This document shows positions 36,549-46,000 of a stretch of 64,000 nucleotides of DNA, piece after piece. The notes under the pieces are model-generated. The model did not search any database. It was not told the DNA's origin and saw only the letters and a list, made by a program, of their open reading frames with translations. Where the stretch lies: NCBI GenBank assembly GCA_017998715.1, contig JAGOCP010000002.1, positions 5,429 to 69,428 of the forward strand. The letters are read 5' to 3'. Each line of letters opens with the position of its first letter. Position 1 is the first letter of the stretch. The translations under genes were made by a program, and so were the position numbers. This stretch comes from Thermoanaerobaculia bacterium. GTDB lineage: Bacteria; Acidobacteriota; Thermoanaerobaculia; Multivoradales; JAGPDF01.

Positions 36549-38697
36549 AAAGCGTGTCAGCGTCCGGCTCGCCGTCGTCGGCGGGCGCGAGGTGCGGGCC
36601 GAGCTCGAGGGCGTCGGCGAGGCCGGCAACCGCGGCTTCGGCCGGCTCGGGCGCGAGATGGAAGCGGCGAACGCCCGGCTCGCCGCCTTCTCGGCACGAG
36701 TGAAGATCGCCACAGCGGCGGCCATCGCCGCGGCGGCGGCCTCCGGCATCGCCATGGTCCGCTCCGGACTCGCCACCGTCGATGCGCAGGCAAAGCTCGC
36801 GCAGTCGCTCGGCACCACGGTCGCCTCGATCCAGGTGCTGGAGCGCGCGGGCGAGCTTGCCGGCGTCGCGATGTCCGGCATAGAGCAGGCGACCAAGGAC
36901 CTGACCCGGCGGCTGAGCCAGGCCGCCTCCGGCGCCGGGCCGGCTGCGGAGGCGCTCGGCCGGCTCGGGCTCTCGGCCTCGGAGCTGTTGGCGCTGCCGC
37001 TCGACGAGCGGGTCGGCCGGATCAATGCGGCGATCGCCGACTTCGTGCCCGTCGCCGAGCGCGCCGCGGTCGCCGGCCAGCTTTTCGGCGAGGAGGGCTC
37101 GATCGCAATTCGCGCATCGACACCGCGACGCTGCGCCAGGCGACCCAGGACGTCCGCGACTTCGGCGTGGTGGTGTCGGAGGCCGACGCCGACCGCATCG
37201 AGCGGGCGAACGATGCCATTTCCCGGCTCGGGCTGATCTGGCGCGGGCTCTCGAACCAGCTGGCAGCCGCGGCCGCGCCGGCGCTCGAGGCGGTGGCGAA
37301 CGCGATGGCGGCGCTCGCCCGCACCACCGGTCCGCTCGGGATCGCGATCCGCGGCCTCTTCGACAACGTCGGCCGGCTCGCGGCCTATGCCGCGACCTTC
37401 GCCGGCATCATGGCCGGGCGCTGGGTCGCCGGGCTGGTCGCCGCCGCCGTCTCGGTGCGCGGCCTCGCCACCGCGCTCGTGGTGCTGCGCGGCGCGCTGA
37501 TCCGGACCGGCATCGGCGCGCTGATCGTCGCCGCCGGCGAGATGGTCTACCAGTTCGGCCGGCTGGTATCTGGCGCCGGTGGCTTCGGCGAGGCGCTGTC
37601 GCTGCTCGGCGACGTCGCGTCCGAGGTCTGGGAGCGGATCAAGCTCGGCGGCCGGTCGCTCGCCCTATCGCTGCAGTCGGTCTGGGCGACGATCGAGGCC
37701 GGCTGGCTGACGGCGCTCTCGCGGATCCAGCGCAGCTGGGCCGACTTCCTGCATGCGGCGACCGGTGGCATCGCCCGGATACCCGGCATGGAGGATGCGA
37801 CGCTCGCCTTGAGCGAGGCGGCGATCCGTGCCGGCTCGGCCTTCTACGAGACCTCGGCCGCGGCCGGCGAGGCGAGCGCCCGGGCCGACGGTCTCGCCGC
37901 CTCTGCCGCTGCAGCAGCCAACGCCGCCACCGCGCCGCTCGCCTCGCTCCAGGCGCTGCGGGACGCGGTGAAGGGCTCGGCCGAGGCGGCGGAGACGGCG
38001 CTCGGCGGGGCCACGGTCGCGGCCGAGGAGTTCGGCGGCGCGGTCGGCCAGGCTGGCGGCGCCAGCGCGGCGGCGGCGCCGGCGGTGGCGGAGGCGCCCG
38101 AGGCGGCGAAGTCGGGCTGGGAGCGCGCGACCGAAGCGGTGCGCGACTATGCCGACAAGGCGAAGCAGACCGGCGACGGGATCGGCGAGGCGCTCATCAG
38201 TGGCTTCCGCGGCGCCGAGGATGCTGTGGGCGAGTTCGTCAAGACCGGCAAGCTCGGCATGCGCGACCTCGTCACCTCGATCCTCGCCGATCTCGCCAAG
38301 GTCTCGGTGCGGCGCTTCGTGCTGGCGCCGGTCGCAAATGCGCTATCCGGCGTGCTCGGCAGCCTCGGGCCCGCCTTCGCCAGCGTGCTGCACGCCGGCG
38401 GTGTGGCTGGAGCCTCGGCGCCGCAGCGAATGGTGCCGGCACTCGCCTTCGCCGGGGCGCCGCGTCTCCATTCCGGTGGCGTCGCCGGCCTCCGCCCCGA
38501 TGAGGTGCCGGCGATCCTGCAGCGTGGCGAGCGGGTGCTGAGCCGGGCGGAGACCCGGGCCTTCGAGCGGGCGCGGGCCGACGGCGGCGTCACCGTCAAC
38601 ATCATGACCAGCGACGCCGAGAGCTTCCGCCGCTCGCGCACCCAGGTCGCGAGCGACATCGCCCGGGCGGTCGCCTTCGGACGTAGAGGGATGTGAG
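36541..38697 (+). pseudogene. Tail tape measure protein with an apparent -1 frame break near 37100-37120
   Basis: Frame 1 ORF 36541-37236 (...AGQLFGEEGSIAIRASTPRR...) and frame 0 ORF continuing to 38696 (...RIDTATLRQATQDVRDFGVVVSEADADRIERAND...). One extra C near CGCGCATCGAC reconnects them as ...EEGSIAIRAIDTATLRQ... Ala/Gly/Leu-rich helical composition is typical of tape-measure proteins. Confidence 0.65.
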
Positions 38698-38698
38698 C

Positions 38699-39325
38699 AT
38701 GGCCTTCCACGAGGTCCGGTTTCCCGACGACATCAGCCGCGGCGCCCGCGGCGGACCGGAGCGCCGGACGCAGGTGGTCGAGCTCGCCTCCGGCGACGAG
38801 GAGCGCAACGCGTCCTGGGCGGACTCGCGCCGCCGCTACGACGCCGCCTACGGCATCCGCCGCGCCGACGACCTCGCTGCGGTCGTCGCCTTCTTCGAGG
38901 CCCGCAACGGCCGGCTGCACGGCTTCCGCTGGAAGGACTGGGGCGACTATCGCTCCGGCTTGCCGTCGGCGCCGGTGACCCCGATCGACCAGGCGCTCGG
39001 CACCGGCGACGGGGAAACTTCGACGTTCCAGCTGGTGAAGCGCTACGAGAGCGGCCCGCAGTCCTGGGTGCGGCGGATCGTCAAGCCGGTCGCCGGCACG
39101 GTGCGGGTCGCGCGCGGGGGCGTCGAGGCCCCCTCGGGCTGGTCAATCGATGTGACCACCGGCGTCGTCACCTTCGCCACGGCGCCAGCCGCCGGCGTTC
39201 TCGTGACCGCCGGCTTCGAGTTCGACGTGCCCGTCCGCTTCGACACCGACCGGCTCGACGTCACCTGGGACCTCGACCGCCTCGGCTCGATCGCCTCAAT
39301 CCCGCTCGTGGAGGTGCGGCGATGA
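38699..39325 (+). CDS. Distal tail protein (DUF2460 / GTA gp12-like)
   Basis: MAFHEVRFPDDISRGARGGPERRTQVVELASGDEERNASW...GFRWKDWGDY matches the TIGR02217/DUF2460 family found in GTAs and related prophages. Confidence 0.85.
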   Translation: MAFHEVRFPDDISRGARGGPERRTQVVELASGDEERNASWADSRRRYDAAYGIRRADDLAAVVAFFEARNGRLHGFRWKDWGDYRSGLPSAPVTPIDQALGTGDGETSTFQLVKRYESGPQSWVRRIVKPVAGTVRVARGGVEAPSGWSIDVTTGVVTFATAPAAGVLVTAGFEFDVPVRFDTDRLDVTWDLDRLGSIASIPLVEVRR

Positions 39326-39675
39326 ATGAGGAGCCCGGTTTCGTCGCCGGCGTCTTGCGCGACCTCGCCGCGTCGACCGCAGCGATCCTCGCCGCCTGGG
39401 GTGCGCTCGGCGGCGCCACCAATGCGCTCACAACCCGCATGCGGCTGCGCGATGCGGTCCGCCACATCCTGCTCGGCGGCCTCATCGCCGCCGGCATGGG
39501 CAGCTTCTCGATGGCGCTCGTCGCCCGCTGGCTCGGGCTGCCGCCCGAGGCGGTGCCGGCCGGCGGCGCCGCCGGCTCGGCCGCCTACCTCGTCGGCGTG
39601 TTCGGCCCGGCGGTGATCGAAGTGACGCTCGCCCGCATCCGCGGCCTTCGATCCGGGGACGGCCCCGATGCGTGA
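39322..39675 (+). CDS. Putative holin (two predicted TM helices)
   Basis: 117 aa. Hydrophobic stretches ILLGGLIAAGMGSFSMALVARWLGL and AYLVGVFGPAVIEV. Directly upstream of the endolysin gene. Confidence 0.5.
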   Translation: MNEEPGFVAGVLRDLAASTAAILAAWGALGGATNALTTRMRLRDAVRHILLGGLIAAGMGSFSMALVARWLGLPPEAVPAGGAAGSAAYLVGVFGPAVIEVTLARIRGLRSGDGPDA

Positions 39676-39798
39676 GCTCATCGGCCTCGCGGCTCGGCTG
39701 CGCTGCGGCGACGCCGATCCGTGCCGCCTCTTCCGTCACCGGATGCGGGTCGGCCTCGCCGTCGCCGCCCTGGTCCTGCTCCTCTCGCTGCTCAGGTA
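39667..39798 (+). CDS. Small single-TM membrane protein (43 aa; holin partner or spanin-like)
   Basis: MRELIGLAARLRCGDADPCRLFRHRMRVGLAVAALVLLLSLLR. Below the ORF-track size cut-off, found by hand translation. Confidence 0.3.
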
Positions 39799-39806
39799 AT
39801 CTCTCC

Positions 39807-40466
39807 ATGATCATGACCGACCGGGGGCTATTGGCCCTCACCCGGCACGAAGGCATCGTGCCGGCTCCCTATCTCGACGTGAAACAGGTCTGGACCTTCG
39901 GCGTCGGCCACACGGCGGCGGCGGGCGCGCCCGATCCCGCCCGGCTGCCGCGCGGCATGCCGGCCGATCTCGACGCCGGCATCCGCGAGGCGCTTCGGCT
40001 GTTCCGCGTCGACCTCGGCCGCTACGAGGCGGAGGTCCTGCGCGCCGTGACCGTGCCGCTCGCGCCCCACGAGTTCGATGCGCTGGTGTCCTTCCACTTC
40101 AACACCGGCGCGATCGCCCGGGCGGCGCTGACAAGGGCCCTCAACGCCGGCGACCGGGCCGGTGCGGGCGCGGCGTTCATGAACTGGCTGCGACCGGCCA
40201 GCCTGCGCCAGCGTCGCGAGGCCGAGCGCGATCTCTTCCTGCACGGGCGCTACCCCGAGGGGCCAATTCCGGTCTGGGCCGCCGATGCTCACGGCGAGGT
40301 CGACTTCTCGCGGCCGGTGCACCGGTTGACCGAGCCGCAAGCGCTGGCGCTGCTGCGGTCCGCGCCTGCAGCCGAACCGGCGCCAAAGGTCGCGGCCGCC
40401 TCCCTGCCGGGCCGCTGGCTCGCCGCGCTGCTCGCTTCCCTTTCCGCCGCCTTCCAACGGAGCTGA
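39807..40466 (+). CDS. Endolysin, GH24 phage lysozyme family
   Basis: LALTRHEGIVPAPYLDVKQVWTFGVGHT matches the EG..L.AY.D..G.WTIG.GH lysozyme motif with the catalytic Glu. Confidence 0.8.
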   Translation: MIMTDRGLLALTRHEGIVPAPYLDVKQVWTFGVGHTAAAGAPDPARLPRGMPADLDAGIREALRLFRVDLGRYEAEVLRAVTVPLAPHEFDALVSFHFNTGAIARAALTRALNAGDRAGAGAAFMNWLRPASLRQRREAERDLFLHGRYPEGPIPVWAADAHGEVDFSRPVHRLTEPQALALLRSAPAAEPAPKVAAASLPGRWLAALLASLSAAFQRS

Positions 40467-40470
40467 TCCC

Positions 40471-40707
40471 ATGCGCTACGTGCTTCCGACGTCCCTGACC
40501 TGGTGGGCGGGCCTCGCCGCGATCCTGATCGGGCTCCTCGCGCTGGCGCTGCCCGAGCACGGGCCGCTCGGCGAGCTCGCCGGAGTGATCGCCCAGCTGA
40601 TCGGCGCCAACGACGCGGCGCCGGCGACGCTGATCACCCTCGGCCTCGGGCTCATCGGCCTGCGCGACCGGCTGGAGCGGGCGATCCTGAGCCCCGAGAA
40701 GCGATGA
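40471..40707 (+). CDS. Small membrane protein (lysis-associated?)
   Basis: 78 aa with a strongly hydrophobic N-terminal half. Confidence 0.4.
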   Translation: MRYVLPTSLTWWAGLAAILIGLLALALPEHGPLGELAGVIAQLIGANDAAPATLITLGLGLIGLRDRLERAILSPEKR

Positions 40708-41588
40708 AGACGCTGTCGGCGGCGCTGCAGGCGCATCTCGACGGCGGCGCGACGACGCTCGCCTGGTGCTGGCGGATCGAACGCAGCGATGGCGTCGTCT
40801 TCGGCTTCACCGACCACGACCGCGAGCTGGAGTTTGGCGACGTCACCTACGAGCCCGACTCCGGCTTCGCCGCGTCGGAGATCCGATCCGGCACCGACCT
40901 CGCCGTCGACGCCCAGGACGCCGAGGGCGGGCTGACCTCGGACACCATCACCGAGACCGACATCCTCGACGGCCGCTGGGACAACGCCGCCGTCGAGGTC
41001 TGGCGGGTGAACTGGAGCACGGTCGGCCAGCGGGTGCTGATGCGTCGCGGCGCCATCGGCCAGGTTCGGCGCGGCCGGCTTGCCTTCGTCGCCGAGGTCC
41101 GATCGCTGGCGCACGTGCTGAACCAGACGGTCGGGCGCACCTTTCAGCACGCCTGCGACGCCGAGCTCGGCGACGCCCGTTGCGGCGTCGATCTCGACGA
41201 TTCGGCGTTCAAGGCGACCGGGTCGGTCACCAGCGTGACCGGCGACCGGAGTTTCACAGCCTCCGGACTCGGCGGCTTCGCCGCCGGCTGGTTCGCCCTC
41301 GGCCGGCTGACCTGGGCCAGCGGCCCGAATGCCGATCGCATCGCGGAGGTGACAGGCCACGATGTCGTCGCCGGTGCGCGGCGGCTGACGCTGCTCGAGG
41401 CGCCGGTGCGACCCATCGCCGTGGGCCACGACTTCGTCGTTCGCGCCGGCTGCGACAAGCGGCTGGAGACCTGCCGCGACCGCTTCGCCAACGTCGTGAA
41501 CTTCCGCGGCTTCCCGCACATCCCCGGCCAGGACACCGTGGTGCGCTACCCGAACCGCGGAGACGCCAACGCGGGAGATGTCCTGTGA
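40704..41588 (+). CDS. Tail hub protein (DUF2163 + phage BR0599-type C-domain; GTA gp13-like)
   Basis: MKTLSAALQAHLDGGATTLAWCWRIERSDGVVFGFTDHDRELEFGDVTYEP is the DUF2163 signature. C-terminal Cys-rich RFANVVNFRGFPHIPG matches the BR0599 type. Confidence 0.85.
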   Translation: MKTLSAALQAHLDGGATTLAWCWRIERSDGVVFGFTDHDRELEFGDVTYEPDSGFAASEIRSGTDLAVDAQDAEGGLTSDTITETDILDGRWDNAAVEVWRVNWSTVGQRVLMRRGAIGQVRRGRLAFVAEVRSLAHVLNQTVGRTFQHACDAELGDARCGVDLDDSAFKATGSVTSVTGDRSFTASGLGGFAAGWFALGRLTWASGPNADRIAEVTGHDVVAGARRLTLLEAPVRPIAVGHDFVVRAGCDKRLETCRDRFANVVNFRGFPHIPGQDTVVRYPNRGDANAGDVL

Positions 41589-42019
41589 CTGCTGCCGATC
41601 CTGCGGTCGTCGTTGCCGCCGCCCGCGGCTGGCTCGGCACGCCCTATCATGATCAGGCGAGCGTGCGCGGCGTCGGCAGCGACTGCCTCGGACTCGTCCG
41701 CGGGGTCTGGCGCGAGCTCTACGGCCCCGAGCCGATGCCGATCCCGCCCTACAGCCGCGACTGGGGCGAGACGGGCACCCTGGAGGTGTTGGCAGAGGCG
41801 GCCCGGTCGGCCATGCCGGAACTGTCGCCGACCGAGCTTCTGCCCGGCGCGCTGCTGCTCTTCCGCATGCGCACCGGCGCTCTCGCCAAGCACTGCGGCA
41901 TCGTCACCGAGCCCGACCGGTTCATCCATGCCTACGAGCGCACGGGCGTCGTCGAGGTTCCGCTCGACCCCGCCTGGCGCCGGCGCGTCGCCTTTGCCTT
42001 CCTGTTCCCGGAGCAGTGA
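41585..42019 (+). CDS. NlpC/P60 family cell-wall peptidase (GTA gp14-like)
   Basis: GWLGTPYHDQASVRGVGSDCLGLVRGVWREL has the catalytic Cys. His follows in AKHCGIV...FIHA. Confidence 0.85.
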   Translation: MTAADPAVVVAAARGWLGTPYHDQASVRGVGSDCLGLVRGVWRELYGPEPMPIPPYSRDWGETGTLEVLAEAARSAMPELSPTELLPGALLLFRMRTGALAKHCGIVTEPDRFIHAYERTGVVEVPLDPAWRRRVAFAFLFPEQ

Positions 42020-42024
42020 TTGGC

Positions 42025-42984
42025 TCAGGCGAGCTGCTCGAGGAATCCCTCCACCGCCGCGAAGACTTCTTCGTTGCGCCCGACCCAGACGTGGCCGCCG
42101 CTGGGGAAGCTGACCAGCTCTGCGCCGGGGACCGACGCCGCGATGTGCCGCGCGGCGTCGAGGGTCTCGAAGCGGTCGTCCGCAAGCGAAAGCGCCAGCG
42201 TCGGCGCCCGAATCGTCGCGAGCGCCATCGGCTCCGGCGAGCCCGCGAGCTTGCCGTCGTTCAGGAGCCCGCGGGCGCGGTCGCTGACCGGGAGGATGTG
42301 ATGCAGGATCGCGCGGACCCGCGCCTGCTCGGCCGGGCTGGCGGCGTGCACCAACTTGGGGTCGGTCGCGAGCAAGGTGCCGATCATCGCGTCCTCGGCC
42401 GTCATCATGCCGAGCCAGAACAGGAAGTCCGAGCGCAGGCCGTAGGCGATGATCGCCTCCGCGAGCGCGTTCGGCGGCCGCGGCGGCGGGCGGTTCGGCG
42501 CGAAGGCCGCCGGCACCAGCGCGACCAGCGCCGCGCAGCGGTCTGGATGGCGGATGGCGAAGGCCATCGCCGAGAGCGCGCCGGCGGAGCCGCCGATGAT
42601 CGGCGCCCGGTCGATCCCGAGATGGTCGAGGAGGTCGACGAACGCGTCCGCCTGGTTCTCCGAGGACGGGTTATCGGGGAAGTCGGAGCGCAGGTAGCCG
42701 AAGCGCGAGGGCGCGATGACCTGCCAACCGGCGGCGACCAGCGGCTCCGCGAACGCCAGCCCCTGGTCGAAGCCGCCGCCGGTGCCGTGGATCATCAGGA
42801 CCAGGGGGCCGGACCCGGCGACCGCATACTCCATCGTTCCGAAGCGGCTCGCGAAGACCTCGCTGCGGCCACGGGTTCGGGCCCGCGCCGCGGCGATGTC
42901 GCGGGCGTAGGCGCGCCACGTTACGCCGCCCGCGAGGGCGGCAACGCCGAGCAGCCCGAGCCCGAGTACCGTCCGCCGCCGCAT
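42025..42984 (-). CDS. Secreted alpha/beta hydrolase (moron, antisense inside the tail module)
   Basis: Tat/Sec-like signal MRRRTVLGLGLLGVAALA, HG motif (LVLMIHGTGGG), nucleophile GGSAG. Confidence 0.8.
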   Translation of the reverse strand: MRRRTVLGLGLLGVAALAGGVTWRAYARDIAAARARTRGRSEVFASRFGTMEYAVAGSGPLVLMIHGTGGGFDQGLAFAEPLVAAGWQVIAPSRFGYLRSDFPDNPSSENQADAFVDLLDHLGIDRAPIIGGSAGALSAMAFAIRHPDRCAALVALVPAAFAPNRPPPRPPNALAEAIIAYGLRSDFLFWLGMMTAEDAMIGTLLATDPKLVHAASPAEQARVRAILHHILPVSDRARGLLNDGKLAGSPEPMALATIRAPTLALSLADDRFETLDAARHIAASVPGAELVSFPSGGHVWVGRNEEVFAAVEGFLEQLA

Positions 42985-43034
42985 GCCCGCACTCCGTCGT
43001 CACCTGTCCACATCAACCATAGCCGAGCAAGCCC

Positions 43035-46000
43035 ATGGCCTCGATCATCCTCGCCGCCGCCGGGACTGCGATCGGCGGCTCGGTCGGCGGCTCGATCCTC
43101 GGCGTCTCGGCGGCTGCCATCGGCGGCGCCGTTGGCTCGATCGCCGGCGCGGCGATCGACAGCTGGCTCATCGCGTCGATGGCGCCGACGCAGCGGATCG
43201 CCGGCCAGCGCCTCGACACCTTGCAGATCACCTCCTCGACCGAGGGCGCGGTGATCCCGCGCGTCTACGGCGCCATGCGAACGGGGGGCAACATCATCTG
43301 GGCGACCGACTTCCGCGAGGAGACCGCGACCACCCGCCAGGGCGGCGGCGGCAAGGGCGGCGGCGGTGGCGGCGGCACCGAGGTCACCGAGTACTTCTAC
43401 TTCGCCTCGTTCGCCGTGGCGCTCTGCGAGGGTCCGATCACCGGCATCGGCCGCATCTGGGCCGACGGCAAGATCCTGAGCCGCGACGGCGTCACCCTGC
43501 GGCTGCACAGGGGCGGCGAGGACCAGGAGCCCGACCCGTTCATCGCGTCGAGGATGGGTACGGCGAACACGCCGGCCTATCGCGGCACGGCCTACGTCGT
43601 CTTCGAGGAGCTGCCGCTCGAGCGCTTCGGCAACCGGCTGCCGCAGCTCTCCTTCGAGGTGTTCCGGCCGATCCTCGACGGCGAGTCGGCCGAAAGCCTC
43701 GTCCGCGCCGTAACGTTGATCCCGGCTTCGGGCGAGTTCGCCTATGCGACCGAGATCGTCCGCCACGAGGGCGGGGACGGTGAGACTTGGGCGGAGAACG
43801 TCAACGCCGAGCCCGATGTCGCCGACCTCTCGGTCGCGCTCGACCGGCTGGAGGCCTGCGCGCCGAAGGTCGAGTCGGTCTCGCTGGTCGTCGCCTGGTT
43901 CGGCGACGATCTGCGCGCCGGCCATTGCCGCATCCGGCCCGGCGTCGAGGTGAGCGCCAAGGCGACGACGCCGGAGAACTGGTCGGTCGACGGGGTGAGC
44001 CGCGCCTCGGCGCATCTGGTCAGCCGCGATGCCGAGGGACGGCCGGCCTATGGCGGCACCCCGTCCGACAGCGCCGTGGTGCAGGCGATCCGCGAGCTGA
44101 AGGCGCGCGGCTACCGGGTGACCTTCTATCCGTTCATCCTGATGGACGTGCCGAGGGACAACGATCTGCCGGACCCGTACTCGGACGGCGCTTCCGCCAC
44201 CGGCCAGCCGACCTATCCCTGGCGCGGGCGGATCACCTGCTCGGCGGCGGCGGGCTATGCCGGGAGCCCGGACAAGACAGCCGCGGCAGGCACGCAGGTC
44301 GCCGCCTTCTTCGGCGGGGCGCAGCCGTCGGACTTCGATGTAGACGACGAGCGCGTCGACTGGGACGGCGATCCGGGCGACTGGGGCCTGCGCCGGATGA
44401 TCCTGCACTACGCGCACCTCTGCGCCGCGGCGGGCGGGGTCGACGCCTTCCTGATCGGCTCGGAGCTGCGTGGGATCACGCAAATCCGCTCCGGTGCGTC
44501 CTCGTATCCGGCGGTCGCAGAGCTGATCGACCTCGCTACCGACGTTCGCTTGATCCTCGGCTTCGGCACCAAGCTCAGCTACGCCGCCGACTGGTCGGAA
44601 TACTTCGGGCACCACCCGCAGGACGGCTCGGGGGACGTCTACTTCCACCTCGACCCGCTCTGGGCGGACGACGCGATCGACTTCGTCGGCATCGACAACT
44701 ACATGCCGCTCGCCGACTGGCGCGACGGCCTCGACCATCTCGACGCCGAGAGCGCGGACGCGATCACCGACCTCGCCTACCTTCGCGGCAACGTCGAAGG
44801 CGGCGAGGGTTTCGACTGGTTCTACGCCAGCACCTCCGACCGCGAGGCGCAGGTCCGGACGCCGATCACCGACGGGGCGGCCGGCAAGCCGTGGGTGTTC
44901 CGCACCAAGGACATCCGGAGCTGGTGGTCGAACCCGCACCGCCACCGCCCGGGCGGGGTCGAGAGCAGCTCGACGACGGCGTGGATCCCGGAATCGAAGC
45001 CGATCCGCTTCACCGAGATCGGCTGCCCGGCGGTCGATCGGGGTCCGAACCAGCCGAACGTCTTCTACGACCCGAAGTCGGCCGAGAGCTTCCTGCCGTA
45101 CTTCTCCCGCGGTTGGCGCGACGACGCGGTGCAGCGCCGTTTCCTCGAGGCGGCGCTCGGCTACTGGGCTGAGCCCGCGAACAACCCGAGCTCGAGCATC
45201 TATGGTGGCCGGATGATCGCCACCGCCGAGACCGCGGCCTGGACCTGGGACGCCCGGCCGTACCCGGCGTTCCCGGCGCGCAGCGACGTCTGGACCGACG
45301 CCGACAACTGGCGGCTCGGCCACTGGCTGAACGGCCGCCTCGGTGCGGTCTCGCTCGGCAGCCTCGTCCGCGAGCTCTGCCGCCGCGCCGGGCTGCCGGA
45401 CAGCCAGATCGACGCATCAGATCTCTCCGACGTCGTCCACGGATACTTCGTCACCGCGATCGAGAGCCCGCGCGCCTCGATCGCTCCCTTGGCCCGGCAC
45501 TTCGGCTTCGACGCGGTCGAGAGCGAGGGCGTCATCCGCTTCCAGCCGCGCGATCGCCGGCCGGTGGCGACGTTCGGTCTCGACGATCTCGTCGCCGCCT
45601 CCGACGCCGATGCCGAGGTCATCGAACTGGTGCGCGCGCAGGAGACCGAGCTGCCGGAGGCGCTGAAGTGGCAGCTGGTACGCTCCGACGAGGAGTATGA
45701 CGCGATGAGCGTCGAGGCGCGGCGTGCGACCGGCGCGGCCCTGCGCGTGACCGCGGAGACCTTCGCAATCGCCACGCCGGCCGGAGACGCCGAGCGTCGC
45801 TGCCGTCGGGCGCTGCTCGAGGAGTGGGTCGGGCGTGAGACCGCGTCGTTCCGGCTGCCGCCGTCGCGGCTCGCGCTCGATCCCGGCGACGTCGTCCGGC
45901 TCGACCACGACGGCCGGCTCTCCGCCCTGCGGCTGACCAGCGTCGCCGACGCCGGCCCCCGCGCGGTCGAGGCGGTGCGCACCGACGCCAGCGCCTATGG

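Noticed and set aside
36541-38697. Possibility that the tape-measure frame break is a second programmed frameshift
   Set aside because: There is no slippery heptamer at the break, and it is repairable by the same single-C insertion as the major-tail break. Mutation or sequencing error is more parsimonious.
43341-43379. GGCGGCGGCGGCAAGGGCGGCGGCGGTGGCGGCGGC nucleotide repeat
   Set aside because: It encodes a poly-Gly linker (GGGGKGGGGGGG) inside the host-specificity protein. It is a coding low-complexity region, not a CRISPR or satellite repeat.
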